This document shows positions 63,453 through 64,000 of a stretch of DNA of 64,000 nt, piece after piece. The DNA is from Planctomycetota bacterium (GTDB lineage: Bacteria > Planctomycetota > B15-G4 > JADJEK01), in NCBI GenBank assembly GCA_016213895.1, contig JACQZJ010000076.1, forward strand, positions 1,291-65,290, written 5' to 3'. The stretch's first letter is position 1. The number at the start of each line of letters is the position of its first letter. The notes under the pieces are model-generated. The model was given only the letters and a program-made list of their open reading frames with translations, searched no databases and was not told the DNA's origin. Both the position numbers and the translations under genes were made by a program.

Positions 63453-64000
63453 TCACTTGCGGCGCAGGCAGAGCGCGGCGTTCCCCTTGTGGCGCGCCTC
63501 GCGGCCGTGCGCGAGGCCCGCGGCGCGCGCGGGCCGCTTCAGTCCCTCCATCTGGCTGGTCCCCACGGCGAGGAGGAGCAGGCCCTTGCCGTCCGCGCGC
63601 AGGGCAGCCCCGCAGGCGCTGAGCGTCGCGGCCAGGGCGCGCGGCCCTTCCTTCCACAGGAGGGGGCCTGCGATCAGGTCGTAGCCGGGGTCAAGGGCGC
63701 CGGCTGGAGCCGGGAGCCAGGGCGTCGCGGCGAGCGCGGGGGCCGGGACGAGCCGCGTCTCCTCCGTCCGTCCCCAGGCCTGCAGCGCGGCCGCGATGTT
63801 GGCGCGCGCCGCTTGCTCGGCCAGCGTGTCGCGCCCGAGCAGCGCGATCTCGGCGGGACGGCGCGTCTCGAGCAGCAGGGCCGGGAGGAAGCCGTGCTCG
63901 GGATTGAAGGCCAGGATGCGCTCGCCTCCCGCGGCCGGAGCGAGCGCCTGCGCTGCGAGGCGCGCCAGGAGGGGCGTGCGATGGTGGGGGGAATCGAACT
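63453..64000 (-). CDS. C-terminal part of a class I SAM methyltransferase-like protein, partial; runs off the right edge
   Basis: Hand-translated open frame FDSPHHRTPLL...RILAFNPEHGFLP...GRDTLA...YDLIAG...LRRK*. Confidence 0.5.
   Translation of the reverse strand, partial: FDSPHHRTPLLARLAAQALAPAAGGERILAFNPEHGFLPALLLETRRPAEIALLGRDTLAEQAARANIAAALQAWGRTEETRLVPAPALAATPWLPAPAGALDPGYDLIAGPLLWKEGPRALAATLSACGAALRADGKGLLLLAVGTSQMEGLKRPARAAGLAHGREARHKGNAALCLRRK

Overview
Very GC-rich bacterial DNA. The gene repertoire (ECF sigma plus Ser/Thr kinase pair, VIT/vWA-prenyltransferase protein, ASPIC/UnbV and FG-GAP proteins, DUF1570-like proteins) suggests Planctomycetota; this is inference. About 50 CDSs are present, with no rRNA, tRNA, CRISPR array or transposase seen. 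Main blocks: surface-glycan modification genes (6.8-12.4 kb), a divergent ECF-like sigma / putative anti-sigma-TPR / small secreted peptide / large surface protein operon (12.7-17.9 kb), an SRSFGGS-repeat TPR protein, a DUF3368/UPF0175 toxin-antitoxin pair, tricorn protease, hemN, an aryl-polyene/flexirubin-like type II FAS/PKS cluster (32.3-37.2 kb plus a GT2-acyltransferase-methyltransferase fusion at 41.8 kb), an RND efflux pair, an ECF-kinase pair, and a Dlt-like acyl-transfer module (FAAL, ACP, MBOAT, SGNH, and a 53-aa DltX-like protein missing from the ORF track). Non-coding highlights are a four-copy hairpin-rich dispersed element, a 65-bp tandem repeat, a REP-like palindrome at a gene junction, and an opa-like (TCTTC)4 tract that puts a gene out of frame. 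Several genes carry internal deletions, frameshifts or an in-frame stop, which could be decay or assembly artefacts. All functional calls come from motif recognition by eye, not database searches.
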